Shown here: positions 9,802-11,977 of the stretch, piece by piece | Layout of the letters: every line of letters starts with the position of its first letter | Numbering within the stretch: position 1 is the stretch's first letter | Source of the DNA: Salpingoeca rosetta | Taxonomy: Eukaryota > Protista > Choanoflagellata | Assembly: GCA_033442325.1 (NCBI GenBank) | Contig: JAWQFM010000036.1 | Location: 449,860-461,836, forward strand | Reading direction: 5' to 3' | DNA length: 11,977 bases | Translations under genes and position numbers: made by a program | Notes under the pieces: generated by a model | The model's database searches: none | What the model was told of the DNA's origin: nothing | Seen by the model: only the letters and a program-made list of their open reading frames with translations

Positions 9802-10297
9802 CTGTTTGTGTGTGTGCGTGCGTGTGCGTGTGTGTGCGTGTCTGTCTGCATGCGTGTATGCTTTGGTTCAGGTGCATTTGATTCCTTGCTGTTTGATACC
9901 CAATAATACGCAACCTGACCCAATGCACACCAACACCAACATGCATGTGCACGTGTCTGCAGTTCATCTCGCGTGCGCTGGCGGTGAAGACGCAAGGCTC
10001 CGTATCGCAGCGCGTGGAGGCGTTTCTTCGCTATTCAGAGGTCGGCAGCGGCCTCAGCGTCATGTTTGGCGTCAAGGACAAGGACGAGGCAGCGCAGGTC
10101 GCACGCGACTACTGGGACAGGTGCGCTGGATGATGTGTCGTTTGGGGTGGGGGGGGTTGTTGCTTTGTGTTGTGGTTTGCGTGTGACCGCATGCACACAC
10201 ACAGAAGTACATGCATGTTTGTGCATGAGGCCATACTTGTGTGTTTGGTGCTGCCTTGATTTTGTTTGTGACGCCACGCCACCACGACCCTGACGCT

Positions 10298-10379
<82 letters not shown>

Positions 10380-10707
10380 NNNNNNNNNNNNNNNNNNNNN
10401 NNNNNNNNNNNNNNNNNNNNNNNNNNNNNNNNNNNNNNNNNNNNNNNNNNNNNNNNNNNNNNNNNNNNNNNNNNNNNNNNNNNNNNNNNNNNNNNNNNNN
10501 NNNNNNNNNNNNNNNNNNNNNNNNNNNNNNNNNNNNNNNNNNNNNNNNNNNNNNNNNNNNNNNNNNNNNNNNNNNNNNNNNNNNNNNNNNNNNNNNNNNN
10601 NNNNNNNNNNNNNNNNNNNNNNNNNNNNNNNNNNNNNNNNNNNNNNNNNNNNNNNNNNNNNNNNNNNNNNNNNNNNNNNNNNNNNNNNNNNNNNNNNNNN
10701 NNNNNNN

Positions 10708-10746
<39 letters not shown>

Positions 10747-11164
10747 TGTGTGTGTGTGTGTGTCTGTGTGTGTGTGTGTCTGTGTGTGTGTGTGTGTCTG
10801 TGTGTTTCTGTGTCTGTGTGTGTGTCTGTGTGTCTGTGTGTTAGGGGGGGGAGTGTATGTGTGTGTCTGTGTGTCTGTGTGTCTGTCTGTCCGCCGTGTC
10901 TTCTCTTCCTTTTCTCCTCCTTCCTTTGCTGAGGCCCCCCCCTCCATCCACCATCCACCACCCACTCACGTCCCTCCCCCCCCCCCCTCTCTCCACCAAC
11001 CTCTGCAGCTGCTGCCTGTGTCGCTGCTGCCAATTGTGCCCCGCATCCTCCACCGCGTGATGGGCCGTCTTGCTGCGGACCGAACGCTCTACGATGCTGC
11101 CGTTGCCCGATTCCAACACCTAATCAACCTCGCCACCCCAACACAGGCGCTCAAGGACGCGTGA
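2346..11164 (+). CDS. Multi-exon type II membrane glycan-biosynthesis protein: GT31 glycosyltransferase + second GT-A-like domain + sulfotransferase-like domain
   Basis: Proposed exons: 2346-3488, 3724-3786, ~4276-4419 (frame-damaged), 4910-4957, 5173-6871, 7242-7446, 7738-~7781, (uncertain small exon near 7905), 8167-8208, 8340-9372, 9661-9757, 9963-10120, (exon probably in gap), 11009-11164 (TGA). GT-AG boundaries have matching phases at most junctions. The N-terminus MRLRTGRVRS-LLLLLLLGVVALLAV is a basic tail plus signal anchor, and luminal sequons NVT, NET, NYS and NRT are present. Confidence 0.8.
2670..2858 (+). repeat. (ACN)n coding microsatellite: about 63 consecutive Thr codons
   Basis: In-frame ACC/ACA/ACT/ACG run of 189 nt. 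Confidence 0.95.
3724..3786 (+). CDS. Exon 2: VLGTWKYLYDNHIDDYDWFMK
   Basis: Pyrimidine tract plus TGCAG acceptor; AAG|GTCCGG donor. Matches the GT31 'Y....Y.D.YDWF.KADDD' segment. Confidence 0.9.
4084..4183. other. Assembly gap (100 N)
   Basis: Run of N. Confidence 0.99.
4276..4419 (+). CDS. Exon 3: GT31 catalytic ADDD exon, frame-disrupted in this assembly
   Basis: GCG GAC GAT GAC (ADDD) at 4276 continues WFMK. FFLRGGRSAIIV before the GTGAGG donor (4420) is in another frame, and an extra A follows the CAG acceptor. Confidence 0.7.
4910..4957 (+). CDS. Exon 4: (N)RAALKAMAPVFDRCF(S)
   Basis: CTGACAG acceptor and AG|GTAACA donor, phase 2-2. Corresponds to the GT31 'S..AL..M.P....C' helix. 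Confidence 0.85.
5173..6871 (+). CDS. Exon 5: end of GT31 domain (WED, TFH motifs), acidic/Ser/Gln linker, start of second GT-like domain
   Basis: CTCAG acceptor (phase 2), an unbroken frame of 566 codons, and ATG|GTGCGT donor. Encodes NWEDYWFRDCF, HHTFH, LAGSLRRVNPHAQVHVLFD and DVVFQSDPF. Confidence 0.85.
7242..7446 (+). CDS. Exon 6: RPFVFREHVASEC...IATDVVISTPK
   Basis: AACAG acceptor (phase 0); AAAG|GTGGGG donor (phase 1) followed by a TG-rich tract. Confidence 0.75.
7738..7781 (+). CDS. Exon 7: (A)HALFIDVFVAEYAT; 3' boundary uncertain
   Basis: GGCAG acceptor in phase 1. Candidate donors at 7772 (GTACGC), 7782 (GTGAGA) and 7804 (GTAAAT). Confidence 0.6.
8167..8208 (+). CDS. Small exon: LSVAHVPAWNSPV (phase 1-1)
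   Basis: CGCAG acceptor and G|GTACGC donor; joins in frame to the 8340 exon (NSPV-A-LLDST). Confidence 0.65.
8340..9372 (+). CDS. Exon: end of second GT-like domain, polyQ tracts, start of sulfotransferase-like domain
   Basis: CACAG acceptor (phase 1), open frame, TG|GTCAGT donor (phase 2). Confidence 0.8.
8582..9046 (+). repeat. Coding polyQ tracts: Q21 (8582-8644) and Q27 (8966-9046); further Q-rich runs at ~6314-6366 and ~8453-8494
   Basis: In-frame CAA/CAG runs. Confidence 0.9.
9661..9757 (+). CDS. Exon: (W)TTVNFARVQEAQAWVLGPNHQRVALATEPVTE
   Basis: ATCAG acceptor completes TG|G (Trp); GAG|GTGTGT donor, phase 0. Confidence 0.8.
9963..10120 (+). CDS. Exon: FISRALAVK...SVMFGVKDKDEAAQVARDYWD
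   Basis: TGCAG acceptor (phase 0); AG|GTGCGC donor (phase 2). Confidence 0.8.
10380..10707. other. Assembly gap (328 N) flanked by (TG)n
   Basis: Run of N. Confidence 0.99.
11009..11164 (+). CDS. Terminal exon: LLPVSLLPIVPRILHRVMGRLAADRTLYDAAVARFQHLINLATPTQALKDA*
   Basis: Long pyrimidine tract plus CTGCAG acceptor; TGA at 11162-11164. The D..LY..A...F motif is typical of the C-terminal helix of Golgi carbohydrate sulfotransferases. Confidence 0.75.
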   Translation: MLPVSLLPIVPRILHRVMGRLAADRTLYDAAVARFQHLINLATPTQALKDA

Positions 11165-11877
11165 GTTAAACGGAGGAGTGTGTGGGATGTGGGGGGAGGG
11201 GGCTGTCTGGGATATCTGCCTGCCTTTCTTCCTGTGTATCGTTGTACCTGAGTGTTTGTCTGTCTTTCCGTCTTTCCTTCTGTGTATTCATTCCTTGCTC
11301 CTCTTTCGTTTGCTCACTCCAACCCACAACATCCCTCTCTTAGTTTTACGGCTGAAACAAAGGCCTTACGGGACATGACAATCTTCCTCACAGACGCCTG
11401 TCACAACCACGTATGTGTGTATGTGTGCATGCGTGGGTGTGTTTATTTGTCTATCTGTGTGTGTGTGCATGTTTATCTGTACGTGTTTATATCTGTATGT
11501 GTGTGTGTATGCGTGTGTATGTTTACTTCTGCATGCGTGTATATGCCTGCGTGATACCATCCAGGGCCTTGTCTCGGTACAAAGCACCCACGGTTAATTG
11601 TCGCAACCTTGTCATCGACTCATATCATGCAACACGCCATGCACGCCACCCACACCTCTTGTGACCTCATACATTGCAACGCACTGCTGCTGCAGTGTGA
11701 GCGGGACGTGCCGCAGTGCTCCATTCTTCGCATGTCGTCACTCAAACGCATCAACGGCTGTGGATACACACACGTACGTTTCACGCCACCCGCCCACCTC
11801 ACTGGCAGGGCTATGCACGCGCGCGCATTCATGCACAAGCACGCGCATTCATTCATTCATGTACACGCAACACACGG

Positions 11878-11878
<1 letters not shown>

Positions 11879-11949
<71 letters not shown>
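11879..11949. repeat. (CA)n microsatellite
   Basis: About 35 perfect CA units. Confidence 0.95.
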
Positions 11950-11951
<2 letters not shown>

Positions 11952-11977
11952 CGTACTACGTACGTCGACGTACGGAC

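Larger units (their letters stand above)
3498..10870 (+). repeat. Intronic microsatellites: (TG)n ~3498-3600, 3808-3897, 4602-4745, 6917-7072, 7455-7615, 8222-8274, 9758-9841, 10299-10870; (GTT)n ~4512-4602; (CTCA)n ~5042-5140; (TCA/TCG)n ~8037-8101 and 9612-9659
   Basis: Directly visible simple repeats, all lying between the proposed exons. Confidence 0.9.

Noticed and set aside
3328-11033. ORF-track entries rich in VCVC/HTHT, poly-V, poly-C or poly-L
   Set aside because: They are translations of microsatellites, off-frame or antisense readings of real exons, or ORFs read through N gaps.
11950-11977. Perfect 16-bp palindrome cgtacgtcgacgtacg (11959-11974) in a TACG-rich tail
   Set aside because: It follows a long (CA)n at the end of the sequence and resembles TACG flow-order noise from pyrosequencing read ends, so it is likely an artefact.

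Overview
Intron-rich eukaryotic DNA with GT-AG introns full of (TG)n/(CA)n and trinucleotide microsatellites, plus two assembly gaps (4084-4183 and 10380-10707). The style suggests a choanoflagellate such as Salpingoeca rosetta; this is inference only. Two genes lie head-to-head across a 537-nt spacer. (1) On the - strand, an ankyrin-repeat gene starts at ATG 1808 and runs off the left edge. It has an N-cap exon followed by a tandem array of duplicated exon+intron units, each exon a 99-nt phase-0 cassette encoding one 33-aa ankyrin repeat. The units are recombinant mosaics, their variation is concentrated in the predicted binding-surface half, and one copy is frameshifted. (2) On the + strand, a multi-exon gene (2346-11164, about 1,600 aa or more) encodes a type II membrane protein. 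It has a ~63-Thr stem, a GT31 (chondroitin-synthase/C1GALT1/Fringe-like) domain, a second degenerate GT-A-like domain and a C-terminal sulfotransferase-like domain. Most ORFs in the supplied track are microsatellite artefacts. All domain calls are by-eye motif recognition, not database hits.
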